From positions 64,001-128,000 of the IMG/VR virus record IMGVR_UViG_3300028549_000365: a stretch of 64,000 nt of DNA; one strand, given 5' to 3'. Source of the stretch: a virus. Lineage: Duplodnaviria; Caudoviricetes. Shown in pieces: positions 52,414 to 61,792 of this stretch. The notes beneath the pieces are model-generated. The model was not told the origin of the DNA. It saw only the letters and a program-made list of their open reading frames with translations, and ran no database searches. Position 1 is the stretch's first letter, and each line of letters begins with the position of its first letter. The translations under genes and the position numbers were made by a program.

Positions 52414-52427
52414 TCACATATTATTTA
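52414..52427 (+). promoter_or_regulatory. Candidate phage promoter motif TCACATATTATTTA
   Basis: Exact copy followed by AGTAGAGTG, upstream of an isolated + strand gene. Confidence 0.6.
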
Positions 52428-52496
52428 AGTAGAGTGAAAGATATCCGCGGAATATTGATATACAAATAGCTCAAAATAAAACTAGGAGTACAACAC

Positions 52497-52943
52497 ATGT
52501 CACAAGAAAAATTACCACCAATCAAATTCGAATCTGAATTTAAAGTAGAAAAAGTAGAGGGAGTTGCTACAGCTATCTATGCTGATAAAGACGCTTTTTA
52601 TAAGGGAACTGAGCTAAGTAAAGATACTATCAAAGCTGTATTTGATCACAGTAACAATTATGTAGAATCTGCTACTTCAGAAGCTAAAGATTTAGCTCAA
52701 GATATTATGGAAAATGATAAAGCTATTAATAGTGTTATTGTGTCTTTACCGTATAGTCCAAGTAAAAAAGGGATTATAACTGTTAAAGCTAACAGAGAGC
52801 ATACTTATCCAGGTATGAACGGTTTGCCTGATGTAACAAAATCTACACTTAAAGTAATGGTAAAAGATCCGTACCAAAAATCTACTGGTGATAAAATCAA
52901 AGAGATGGAAGCAGAAATGACTAAAGCTCTTTTAGGTAGATAA
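52497..52943 (+). CDS. Hypothetical protein
   Basis: AGGAG RBS, own promoter motif and terminator; codon usage suggests high expression. Confidence 0.8.
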   Translation: MSQEKLPPIKFESEFKVEKVEGVATAIYADKDAFYKGTELSKDTIKAVFDHSNNYVESATSEAKDLAQDIMENDKAINSVIVSLPYSPSKKGIITVKANREHTYPGMNGLPDVTKSTLKVMVKDPYQKSTGDKIKEMEAEMTKALLGR

Positions 52944-52962
52944 CCAAAGTGCAGTAATAAAG

Positions 52963-53000
52963 AAAAACAGTACACCGCTATGGCGTACTGTTTTTTTTTT
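52963..53000. terminator. Bidirectional intrinsic terminator
   Basis: aaaaacagtac...gtactgttttt with an A-run before and a T-run after. Confidence 0.75.
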
Positions 53001-53008
53001 CTACTTTA

Positions 53009-53935
53009 TTATTGTCCTATAGTGTTATCCATAGTACCTGCTGCTTTACCAGCTGAAGTTTCAACTCGTTCATTAAAACCTACACCAGGTGTTGTAGCTA
53101 ATCTAGGATCAGCTTCGTTAATAGGTAGTATAAGATCAACATCTGGAATCTTATTAAGAACTGTTAACTTTTTAAGGATAGAATCCGCCAAAGTTAATAC
53201 AGCTTCATTATTAAGAGTAATAGATGTAGACTCTATACTTAACTCAACCATTTCACCTGCTGAATGTATATCTCTCTTACCTGTTCTATCACCATTACTT
53301 TTAAAGAACATGTTAGTACATAACCATGCATCAACTACGCTTCTATGTGTAATATCTGGTTCTATAAATATAACTGTACCTGTATAGAAGTTTGGTGTAT
53401 AAATACCAATCTCTGATTGTGCTGGTAGGAAATGTTTAATAACCAAAGGTTTCTTAGTATCAGGATCCATATAACCATATCTAATAACTGCATCAAGATA
53501 TTTTTGGATAGACTTACCTGCTTTTTCTTTAAATGTAAACGCTAATGAAGATCTAGCTCTAACAACGTTAGTGATCTCTTCTTGCATCTCACCAGCTCCA
53601 CCTATAGCGTGCTCATCTGTTTCAACAGTTAACCCTGAAGATAATCCGTCTATTGTTAATGGATGTAACTCAATTAGAGCTTTATATGCATCTATCCATT
53701 TTTGCGAATCTGGCATATAGGTCATAAACTCAGGATAAGCTAATACTACAGGTATTACATTTCTTCTAATATATGCTTGATTACTTATCCATTCGTCGTA
53801 GTACTTACCATCAGCGTCTACTCGTCCTATTCTAGCTAAGTGGCCGTTTTGTCCACCGTTTGCTAAATCCATTGTATTGTTATGTCCTGCGTACGCAGTA
53901 CCAGTGCTAAGCACTGATTCTTTTAATCTACTCAT
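53009..53935 (-). CDS. Tail tube protein (phiKZ gp30-like)
   Basis: WISNQAYIRRNVIP, GYMDPDTKKP, AWLCTNMF; directly downstream of the sheath. Confidence 0.8.
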   Translation of the reverse strand: MSRLKESVLSTGTAYAGHNNTMDLANGGQNGHLARIGRVDADGKYYDEWISNQAYIRRNVIPVVLAYPEFMTYMPDSQKWIDAYKALIELHPLTIDGLSSGLTVETDEHAIGGAGEMQEEITNVVRARSSLAFTFKEKAGKSIQKYLDAVIRYGYMDPDTKKPLVIKHFLPAQSEIGIYTPNFYTGTVIFIEPDITHRSVVDAWLCTNMFFKSNGDRTGKRDIHSAGEMVELSIESTSITLNNEAVLTLADSILKKLTVLNKIPDVDLILPINEADPRLATTPGVGFNERVETSAGKAAGTMDNTIGQ

Positions 53936-53956
53936 GTTTTATCCTTTTCTTTTTTA

Positions 53957-56107
53957 TTATAAATCTGAGCTTCTATAAGCTTGTGTAGTGTAAACCATTT
54001 TAGTTTTAGCATTAGCAGCATATAGTTTGTTTATTAAATGCCAACTGTATCCACGTTGTGCATCAGCCTCATCTATAACAACTTCAGGGATAACTGTAAC
54101 TAAATCAGCAAATATACCAGCAAGTCTTTTTTCCATATATGTTGTAACAGCTAATGTAAATTCACTATCTGTCATAAATGTAGCTCCTGAGAATTCTCTC
54201 CAACAGTCGTCAGCTATTTTAACTAATGTTCCAACTGCGAATACATTAGGCCAGCTATTAAGAACAGAAGTATCATCGTCATATACTGTTTGAACAGCAG
54301 GGAAGAAGTATTGAACTCTATCTTTAGGTTGTGCCCAAACTACACCATCAGCCCATAATGTTGGTTTAATACCAGCAGGTATAAACGAAGGAGAAACATC
54401 TACTAACTCATCAAGAATAGCAGCATCACCGTGATCGAATTTGAAATTAGATTTCCATTTGTAATCACCAGCTCCCATCATTTTAGCTGTTTTAAGTGCA
54501 AGCTCATAAGTAAGTGGTATTCTATTTAATGTAGAACCATCTCTCATCAACCCTGTACCACCCATAACAACACATCTCATAACTGGTGTTCCGTAGTATT
54601 CAGACTCAGGTGCTAATTTAGCTCTAGTTTTAAGGGCTACAGCGATAGCTCTAATATCAGAAAGTGATACATCTTTTTCCCCTAAACTATCATCGTGTGT
54701 AGAAAGAACAACGTTAGTATCTTTTCTATAAGCTATGAAGTCTATTAAGCTTTTCTTAGTTTCTAATCTAAAACCAGAATCGTAGATAGTAGATTCAACA
54801 TTGATAGCTGTATCCATAACTTCTGAATCAGGATCTGCATATTTAGCTAATTCTCTTACCAATACACTTTCGTACATCTCATTACTTAAAGATCCATCAG
54901 AACCTCCGTTAAGGAATATAGGTGAGTATTTAGAAATACTTATCTCTTTTTGTGTACCTGTTAATACTGGCGTAGAGTTATCTCTAACTACAGTAAAGTA
55001 AGGTTTACTTTTAGAAGATTTGCAGTTAAATAACTCTATAAGATATTTCTCTTCTAGTAATTTATCTTGATCCGCTGTAGTATAATCAAACCAACTAGCA
55101 CTAGTAGCCATTTTACCATCATCATACATAACATCAGTATCTGAGATATAAGCTCTTTCTAACGTCATAATATCAGTTAACACGATTTCTAAGTTATTTC
55201 TATAAACATAAAGACCTTCATAGTCATTGTATCTAAGAGATTTCAACACATCTGTTTCGTTAAACCATTGTTGTGCAAACACTGCATCAATATCAAATCT
55301 AGCTTCTGTTAAAGGATTTTTAACTTTCTCTTTAAGAGCACAAATTACAGATGGTTCACCGTATAAACTTCTAAAAATTGTTGGTGTCGCTCCAGCGTTT
55401 GTTCTTGAGTACAATGCTAATTTATAAGGTATAACTTTAGCTTCGTCTGTAATTCTATCAGAAACATCTTCCCCATAAAGAGATTCTATTGTAAAACCAA
55501 TATTATTATAGTACTCACCTTGATATTTAGCCATAAACTCCATAAGTGGATACATAGTAGATTTAACACCATTAGCTTCCATAGTACCTTGTTTAGTAGC
55601 TAGTGTACCTAATTGTCTATCAACCGTACCAGTATTGTATTCAGTAATGAATTTTATTTTTAACCCTTGGATAGTAGGTGTAATTGCATCTATTTTGAAC
55701 GCGTTAGTATCTGGATCAATAGCGTAATCACCTGTACTATTTCTTACATAGTTAGGGATATCAGTTCTTAATACATCTACATATAAAGTGATATTACTTC
55801 TAACACCTGCATCATCAGCGACTAATCGTTGAACCATACATGCGTTACCAGTACCGCCGATAGCTTCCAAAAATCTTGTTTGGTGGTTATAATAACCTAA
55901 ATCTCTGTCAAATGTTTCTACACCATAACTAGGAATAAATTTAGCCGCACCTAATAACATAGGTTTAGTGCTACCTTTTCTAGCTTTGATATATACTTTT
56001 GGACAATGTTGTGGTATAGGGTCTCTCTCTGGAGTTACTACTCTACCGCTTTTATCGTCAGTTCCTAAATGTATTACACCCGGAGATGCATTTTTTATTA
56101 AACTCAT
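53957..56107 (-). CDS. Contractile tail sheath protein (phiKZ gp29-like)
   Basis: ASPGVIHLGTDDKS, QHCPKVY, IYDSGF, DDDTSVLNS motifs; 716 aa. Confidence 0.85.
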   Translation of the reverse strand: MSLIKNASPGVIHLGTDDKSGRVVTPERDPIPQHCPKVYIKARKGSTKPMLLGAAKFIPSYGVETFDRDLGYYNHQTRFLEAIGGTGNACMVQRLVADDAGVRSNITLYVDVLRTDIPNYVRNSTGDYAIDPDTNAFKIDAITPTIQGLKIKFITEYNTGTVDRQLGTLATKQGTMEANGVKSTMYPLMEFMAKYQGEYYNNIGFTIESLYGEDVSDRITDEAKVIPYKLALYSRTNAGATPTIFRSLYGEPSVICALKEKVKNPLTEARFDIDAVFAQQWFNETDVLKSLRYNDYEGLYVYRNNLEIVLTDIMTLERAYISDTDVMYDDGKMATSASWFDYTTADQDKLLEEKYLIELFNCKSSKSKPYFTVVRDNSTPVLTGTQKEISISKYSPIFLNGGSDGSLSNEMYESVLVRELAKYADPDSEVMDTAINVESTIYDSGFRLETKKSLIDFIAYRKDTNVVLSTHDDSLGEKDVSLSDIRAIAVALKTRAKLAPESEYYGTPVMRCVVMGGTGLMRDGSTLNRIPLTYELALKTAKMMGAGDYKWKSNFKFDHGDAAILDELVDVSPSFIPAGIKPTLWADGVVWAQPKDRVQYFFPAVQTVYDDDTSVLNSWPNVFAVGTLVKIADDCWREFSGATFMTDSEFTLAVTTYMEKRLAGIFADLVTVIPEVVIDEADAQRGYSWHLINKLYAANAKTKMVYTTQAYRSSDL

Positions 56108-56152
56108 GTGTTGCTCCTATTTTTTTATTTAATTCATTTAATTAATAAATAA

Positions 56153-57949
56153 TTATTCAAACATAAAATATTTATTATCAGCTGTATCGTTATTTATCAA
56201 TAACACCTTACCGTTACTTAGTAGTATACTATTAGAGAAACTAAATGTATAACTGCTTATCATCTCTAACTTATTTAATACCCCCTCTGTTATATTGTAA
56301 TAAAGAACACTCTTAGTATCATCTACCTTACTAGTAGTTTTATAGATTAAGTAATCACCATTAACCAAACGAACAGATCTAAGCTCTCTATTTCTAAACT
56401 CACTAACTACACTAACTCCGTCTGAGAAGGTGTTAGTAATAATATTATAAACATAACCTTTTTGAGCTGTTCCACCTATACACATATATCTACCTCTACC
56501 GATATCTATAAGTAATATAGGTACATTAGTCTCTATAGGTATTTCTTTTAGAACTGCTGTACCCATAGTTGATATATCTAATTTACATATCTTATTTGTA
56601 TTAACTGGTATATAAATAAACTCTGTTTCATTAACTTGTACAAAAGCGTTAGTTGTACCAATAGGTAATGTTTCATCTTGACGTTCTACACTATTCAACA
56701 TAGTAGCTGTTCTTGTAACTACATTATACTGAAAATGCATGAATATAGGTTTACCTGTATTACTAATGGTATCTATCAATATCGTGTTGTCGGTAAGGTA
56801 CTTATAAAATGTTCCTGTGTTAATCATGTTTAATAATGATAATCCAGTAACAGTACTATTCAATTCAGAAACTAGTTTTTCTGTGTTATGGTCGTAGGTC
56901 ATCTTTTTTATAGACTGTGAATTATTAGCTATATGTGGAATAGTTTTATTGTATAACTCATTAACATGTGTATTAGGTGCTAATATAGGTGTTTGTGAAG
57001 TGTACTTATATTTTATAACTTTAGTGTACTTAAAATTAGTATCCACTATATTAACTTCGTTCTTTGGAGATGTCTCTATATTTATACGTCTAATAACTGG
57101 TTCGTAGATATTTATGTTAGATACATATATGTCCACTATATATGTATTACTTTCTGCTAGTAACACACCTGGTATATCTATGTATTCTATTTCTTCAGTA
57201 ATAGCTTCTGACCATATTAGTTCTTCTGATAGTAAGGACTTTAATTCTATCTTATTTATATTGTTACTTAACGCTGGATCTATTTTAGATAGTTTTAATC
57301 TATAATCCACATAAGGAATTATTCTTTTTATATGTGACGTAACTTCAAAATTAAAATTGTATACATCCACAATAGCTTCACCATAACCAGATTCTATACC
57401 ACTAGCTGATATATGTGATGCTTTTATTATGATACGATTTAAATCGTTAGTCATAACTTCTGTTTTAGGAATAGTTATCTTAGTTAAGTTAACTTCGTCG
57501 TATAACGCACTGTATAATATATTGTTATAAATATCAAGTATTATCCAATGTGTTGCATAATGTCCGTCACCAGCTCCTCTGAAGAAACTAGTCTCTATTT
57601 CTATAGTGTCAGATGTTAGTATTTTATCTACATCTATAAACACCATTGGTTCGTCTATAATTATATCGTAGTTAACTATTAGACCATCTGATATATTAGT
57701 GTTAGTTATCTCTCTTACTGTAGACCAACTAGACTCATTACCAGTATTAAAATGTCTTTTATATCTTCCGTAATATGTTACACCTATTGGTACTATTACT
57801 TTAGAATAATATAATGTAAGGTTTACACTATCTTCTATAACCTCATCGATTATATTGATAAAGTTTATATCAGTAGCTATCTGATAAGTAGTTGCTGCGT
57901 GAGTCAATCCGTCTATAGGAACCCACGGTTTAAGTTTAATGGTTATCAT
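56153..57949 (-). CDS. Probable virion protein with Ig-like and propeller-like beta domains
   Basis: THAATTYQIATD / HYATHWII repeated Ig-like motifs; upstream of the sheath. Confidence 0.55.
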   Translation of the reverse strand: MITIKLKPWVPIDGLTHAATTYQIATDINFINIIDEVIEDSVNLTLYYSKVIVPIGVTYYGRYKRHFNTGNESSWSTVREITNTNISDGLIVNYDIIIDEPMVFIDVDKILTSDTIEIETSFFRGAGDGHYATHWIILDIYNNILYSALYDEVNLTKITIPKTEVMTNDLNRIIIKASHISASGIESGYGEAIVDVYNFNFEVTSHIKRIIPYVDYRLKLSKIDPALSNNINKIELKSLLSEELIWSEAITEEIEYIDIPGVLLAESNTYIVDIYVSNINIYEPVIRRINIETSPKNEVNIVDTNFKYTKVIKYKYTSQTPILAPNTHVNELYNKTIPHIANNSQSIKKMTYDHNTEKLVSELNSTVTGLSLLNMINTGTFYKYLTDNTILIDTISNTGKPIFMHFQYNVVTRTATMLNSVERQDETLPIGTTNAFVQVNETEFIYIPVNTNKICKLDISTMGTAVLKEIPIETNVPILLIDIGRGRYMCIGGTAQKGYVYNIITNTFSDGVSVVSEFRNRELRSVRLVNGDYLIYKTTSKVDDTKSVLYYNITEGVLNKLEMISSYTFSFSNSILLSNGKVLLINNDTADNKYFMFE

Positions 57950-57956
57950 AGTATCT

Positions 57957-57972
57957 CCTTATTTTCAGTTAA
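57957..57972 (-). promoter_or_regulatory. Candidate late promoter/RBS motif TTAACTGAAAATAAGG
   Basis: Third copy, at the head of the tail operon. Confidence 0.4.
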
Positions 57973-58025
57973 ATCCGATAATATTCAGATACATATTATA
58001 AAAATAGAACAAATAAAGGAAGTAC

Positions 58026-58358
58026 ATGCAAGATTATAGAGAAACAACATGGTTAAACATGTTAAAGAAAGTTGATAGTGTGTTAGACTCATTCGATAAT
58101 AGTCTAGACAGAAGTGTAATAAGATACATAGAAACTAATAAAAATAGTACCGCTAGAACTATCTATGTAGTTGATAGTGTGTATCCTAAAGTAGTGGTAT
58201 GTGAATTAGTGTGTGAGAAGAAAACAAGATTTAGTGCTGTTCCAGTTATCTCTATAATGGATGATATAACAGAAAACAACATAAAACAAAAGATACTAGC
58301 CGCAGTAACTAATGGTAGTTATCTTATGGAAATAGCAGATAGAGATAGTAAGTACTAA
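58026..58358 (+). CDS. Hypothetical protein
   Basis: AAGGA RBS; a degenerate ACATATTAT motif at 57991-57999. Confidence 0.65.
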   Translation: MQDYRETTWLNMLKKVDSVLDSFDNSLDRSVIRYIETNKNSTARTIYVVDSVYPKVVVCELVCEKKTRFSAVPVISIMDDITENNIKQKILAAVTNGSYLMEIADRDSKY

Positions 58359-58377
58359 CCATATGGTTAGTACTTAC
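58348..58377. terminator. Perfect 30-bp palindrome at a convergent junction
   Basis: gtaagtactaaccat|atggttagtacttac. Confidence 0.7.
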
Positions 58378-58634
58378 TTCTTATTACAAGACTCTATTGC
58401 TTTTTTTTGTTCGGAAATACATTCTAAAAGTTTAACAGTTGGAGTATAACCATCACCTTTGAAATCACATTTAACCACAGGTACTTTACAAGGTACTTCA
58501 ATATAAACATCTTTTGTCTCTATTATAGTCTTATACATAATAACTGGTTCTGGTTCTTTACAAGCACACCCTTTAAATATGAACATCATCATAAAACAAG
58601 AACCTATAAATAGAAATATATTATAAGCTTTCAT
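58374..58634 (-). CDS. Probable outer-membrane spanin lipoprotein (o-spanin)
   Basis: Hydrophobic signal, lipobox-like FKG-C23, Pro/Cys-rich mature part; overlaps the end of the i-spanin. Confidence 0.65.
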   Translation of the reverse strand: MKAYNIFLFIGSCFMMMFIFKGCACKEPEPVIMYKTIIETKDVYIEVPCKVPVVKCDFKGDGYTPTVKLLECISEQKKAIESCNKK

Positions 58635-59058
58635 AGTCTATCTCCGATATTCTTTTATTAAGTTCTAAACCTTCTTCGCATGAAGTTGAATTATAATCCA
58701 CATTAGGTTTAATAACATCTTTATATATGTAAATAAACTTTTCTTTTGGTGGTTTAGCTTTCCAAGCCTCATACTTAGCTTTGGTTACTTGTAGTTCCTT
58801 AGCTGAAGCTAATACTCTATCATTCATAATAGTTATAGTTCTGTTCAGATCTGATATGTTGTAGGTTAATATACCTATAACATTATCTCTATTTATAACT
58901 ATAAGTTTTTGTTTTTCTAAAGTATTAGATAACTCTAATATTCTTTTATCTTTTTCCGATATAGTGTTGTTAAGTGCTGATATCTTGAACCACACACTTA
59001 ACACGATAGCTAATATAACACCTCCAACTATTAGGTATTTATTTACCCAAGGAAACAT
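58621..59058 (-). CDS. Probable inner-membrane spanin (i-spanin)
   Basis: N-terminal TM helix followed by a long coiled coil. Confidence 0.65.
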   Translation of the reverse strand: MFPWVNKYLIVGGVILAIVLSVWFKISALNNTISEKDKRILELSNTLEKQKLIVINRDNVIGILTYNISDLNRTITIMNDRVLASAKELQVTKAKYEAWKAKPPKEKFIYIYKDVIKPNVDYNSTSCEEGLELNKRISEIDYESL

Positions 59059-59086
59059 ACTACTACTTTTTTCATGGTAACTCCTT

Positions 59087-60019
59087 TTATTTAATTTTAA
59101 TATACTCTTCTTCTAATCTATTCATTAAAATATCTTTAGTAAGTTCTTCAACTGGAATCTCATTTAACATACGTTGCAACACGATGTTGTCTTCTTCACC
59201 ATTCCATACTTTAATATAAGTACCTTCTTGGTAACCATTGTTTCTTCTAAAGATGTTTAACATATTTTTACCTAAGTAAAGTTTGTATATATCTTTAAAT
59301 GCAAAGTTATGTTGTTCTTCCATATAGATCATAAGTAATAATAATCCAACTATACATTGCTCTGTGTTAAACACTACCGCAAGCAGTCTTCTTATTTTAG
59401 GTATGATATTGTTAGGATCAACATTATCACCAGCATCATGATCAGCATGCATATCATTTATTGTATAGATAACATCGTTAAAGTTACTGAATAGTTCTAC
59501 AGTTCGTTCTACAGCTAACTCTCTAGTTAGTTCAACATTATTTTCTTTATAGAGATCTATAAACCCTTTAATAACATCACTTATCAAGAAGTGCCATACA
59601 TCAACTATTTCTAGTTTAATATTCTCGTAATCGATTTCAGTATCAATTTTACTCCAGTGTTTCCAAGGAGTACTTTTTAACATCTCCATCACTTCATCGT
59701 TAATACATGTTTTCCAGCAAATGTCTTTACCTTTATCAGTAATGTTGTTTACCCAACAAGTACCATTAGTAATATCATTAAGATCCCATTGTAATTTAAC
59801 CATTACTTCTAGCATACCTATATCTACAAGCATTTTAGTAGGTCCTACTGGTACCTCATTAAGTGATTCATCTGATTGCGTTTCTTCCTCAGTTTTATCC
59901 ATTAGTCGTTCTACCATTACACCACCAAGCATAGCTCCTATAGCAGCTGTTTCCACTTCACCAGCAGGTGTAGTACATTCTACATTTTCATTTGTTGTTA
60001 CTTCTTTTTCTTCTAACAT
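59087..60019 (-). CDS. dut: Dimeric all-alpha dUTPase with an acidic N-terminal extension
   Basis: Q..LN, PWKHW, KLEIVDVWHF, YLGKNMLNIFRRNNGYQEGTYIKVWNGEEDN, matching the Campylobacter/Leishmania-type dUTPase family. Confidence 0.88.
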   Translation of the reverse strand: MLEEKEVTTNENVECTTPAGEVETAAIGAMLGGVMVERLMDKTEEETQSDESLNEVPVGPTKMLVDIGMLEVMVKLQWDLNDITNGTCWVNNITDKGKDICWKTCINDEVMEMLKSTPWKHWSKIDTEIDYENIKLEIVDVWHFLISDVIKGFIDLYKENNVELTRELAVERTVELFSNFNDVIYTINDMHADHDAGDNVDPNNIIPKIRRLLAVVFNTEQCIVGLLLLMIYMEEQHNFAFKDIYKLYLGKNMLNIFRRNNGYQEGTYIKVWNGEEDNIVLQRMLNEIPVEELTKDILMNRLEEEYIKIK

Positions 60020-60092
60020 TTTATATCCTTTATTTGTTTATTTCAAACATATAGTTAGTATAAAAAATATATAACACATGTAACCTATATGG

Positions 60093-60590
60093 TTACATGC
60101 ATTTACTATCTATATATTTCCATATACCTTTTTTCTTCTTAATAGCTGTTTTCTCTAATTCATATAGATCATAGATAACTTCTCTAGGTAAGTTCTTATA
60201 ATCTTCTACTACGCCATAACCATTACGTATTATATCTTTATTCACATACTCTATATAAATAACTGGTCTATCTCTAAAGTCTACATCTACTATAGTATAA
60301 GTTAAGTTCTTTTTACTATAAATACTTTTAAATAAATATTCTTTAGCATTCATACCTAGTGTATGCATAAGTTCTTTATCTATGTTACAAGATATAACAT
60401 CTTTCTTAAATTTAGCGTTTCTAAACGACTCAGGGGTATCTATTCCTGCTAATCTATAATTACGTATAGTGTTATTGATATCTATCTTAATAGTGTCTCC
60501 ATCTACTATCTTTAATATCTTGTTAGTGGATATAGTTTCACTATGTGTTAATGAGATTAATATTGTTATTATTAATAAGTATTTAAGCAT
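60093..60590 (-). CDS. Thermonuclease (SNase family) with a signal peptide
   Basis: IVDGDTI, RLAGIDTPES, DFRDR, KKKGIW; hydrophobic N-terminus. Confidence 0.85.
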   Translation of the reverse strand: MLKYLLIITILISLTHSETISTNKILKIVDGDTIKIDINNTIRNYRLAGIDTPESFRNAKFKKDVISCNIDKELMHTLGMNAKEYLFKSIYSKKNLTYTIVDVDFRDRPVIYIEYVNKDIIRNGYGVVEDYKNLPREVIYDLYELEKTAIKKKKGIWKYIDSKCM

Positions 60591-60729
60591 GTATTTCCTT
60601 GTTATATTACTGTGTACTATTTTATTTAATAGTATTAGATTCTGTGATATTATTATTATAATAAATTAGAGAGACTTCGTCTCTCTTAAGTTCTTTAATT
60701 TATTTGTTTCTTCCTAAATAACATAGCTC

Positions 60730-60861
60730 ATTAGAAGTGACAGTACACACCGTTCGCTCTCCTCGCCTGCTTCCTACAACTAACATACTGCTCGCGGTCC
60801 TCTCCCCTGAAGAAAACGTCTTCAGTCGTGGTGTCGGATAAGAGTGTACTGCACTTCCAAT
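60730..60861 (-). ncRNA. Candidate structured non-coding RNA or regulatory DNA element of unknown class
   Basis: GC-rich island in AT-rich intergenic DNA. Closing stem attggaagtgcagtacac / gtgtactgtcacttctaat (the mismatch is a G-U pair on the minus strand), inner hairpin ctgaaga-cgttt-tcttcag. Confidence 0.35.
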
Positions 60862-61177
60862 AGAGAATGCTAAGACCTAAGTCTCATTAGTATAGAACCC
60901 ATAGTTATACTCTATCAAAAAGAGTAAGCTGTATATAATTTTATTTTGTTAATAACTTCGTCTATATTCTTACCTACTACCGTTAGTTAAGCCAGAGTCC
61001 CACCGTATAGATAGCTTGTAAACATGAATTAATGTAGAAGTTATTATTATTATTTATATATTATGCTCAGATAATAAGATATAGTTATATTTAACTTCCA
61101 ATATGTTATAAACGTATATTATATGTGTAGAATGTATAATAGCTAAATACATTACTATAAACTAAAGGAGAAGTATT

Positions 61178-61789
61178 ATGATACTTATATTTGACGAAAT
61201 TGAAATGTGTGGTGATCCACTATCTGGATTAACATATGGACTTATGGAAGAGATTAACGGTATAGAACATCCAATTACAAGAAGTTGGAGAATTAGAGAA
61301 CAAGATAGTAAAAGAGAAGTATGTGATGTATGTGAAGGTACATATGTACCTAATAGAAAAACAGCTGTTAATAACATATGTCCAGCATGTAAACTTTTGA
61401 AAGAGAAACATAATACTTGGTTCTCTTGTGATTTCGACACATCTTTATATTACATAGAGTATGATATATTAGAACAAGAAGCTAGAGACATACTCTATGA
61501 AGAAGAAGTTAGAAAAGCTATATATTTAATACTTGATGAAGCTATACCAGTACGCGAGAATGCTATCATACGAATGAGACTAGGTCTACTCGATGATGAG
61601 AGCGAGCGATCATTAGAAGAGATAGCTGATGCCTTAAATATAACACAAGGGCGAGTTAGACAACTTGAATCTAACGGTTTAAAAAGGTTAGGTCATACTA
61701 GAGGCTTTAAACACCGTGTTAACATAAGCTCTAATGATAATAAAAGATATGTTACATTATTAGAACTAGCTATAGATAGGTATAACTAA
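61178..61789 (+). CDS. Zinc-ribbon plus sigma-70 region 4 (HTH) protein
   Basis: CDVC...CPAC; RENAIIRMRLGLLDDESERSLEEIADALNITQGRVRQLESNGLKRL matches sigma70 region 4; no region 2 recognisable. Confidence 0.75.
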   Translation: MILIFDEIEMCGDPLSGLTYGLMEEINGIEHPITRSWRIREQDSKREVCDVCEGTYVPNRKTAVNNICPACKLLKEKHNTWFSCDFDTSLYYIEYDILEQEARDILYEEEVRKAIYLILDEAIPVRENAIIRMRLGLLDDESERSLEEIADALNITQGRVRQLESNGLKRLGHTRGFKHRVNISSNDNKRYVTLLELAIDRYN

Positions 61790-61792
61790 GTT

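Noticed and set aside
60762-60790. Minus-strand GGAAGCAG resembling the SRP RNA helix 8 motif
   Set aside because: The matching CAGG strand and the GNRA-capped stem are missing; an 8-nt match is insufficient.
60807-60826. CTGAAGA resembling the hammerhead CUGANGA core
   Set aside because: It is paired within a 7-bp hairpin, and no GAAA/NUH three-stem arrangement could be built.
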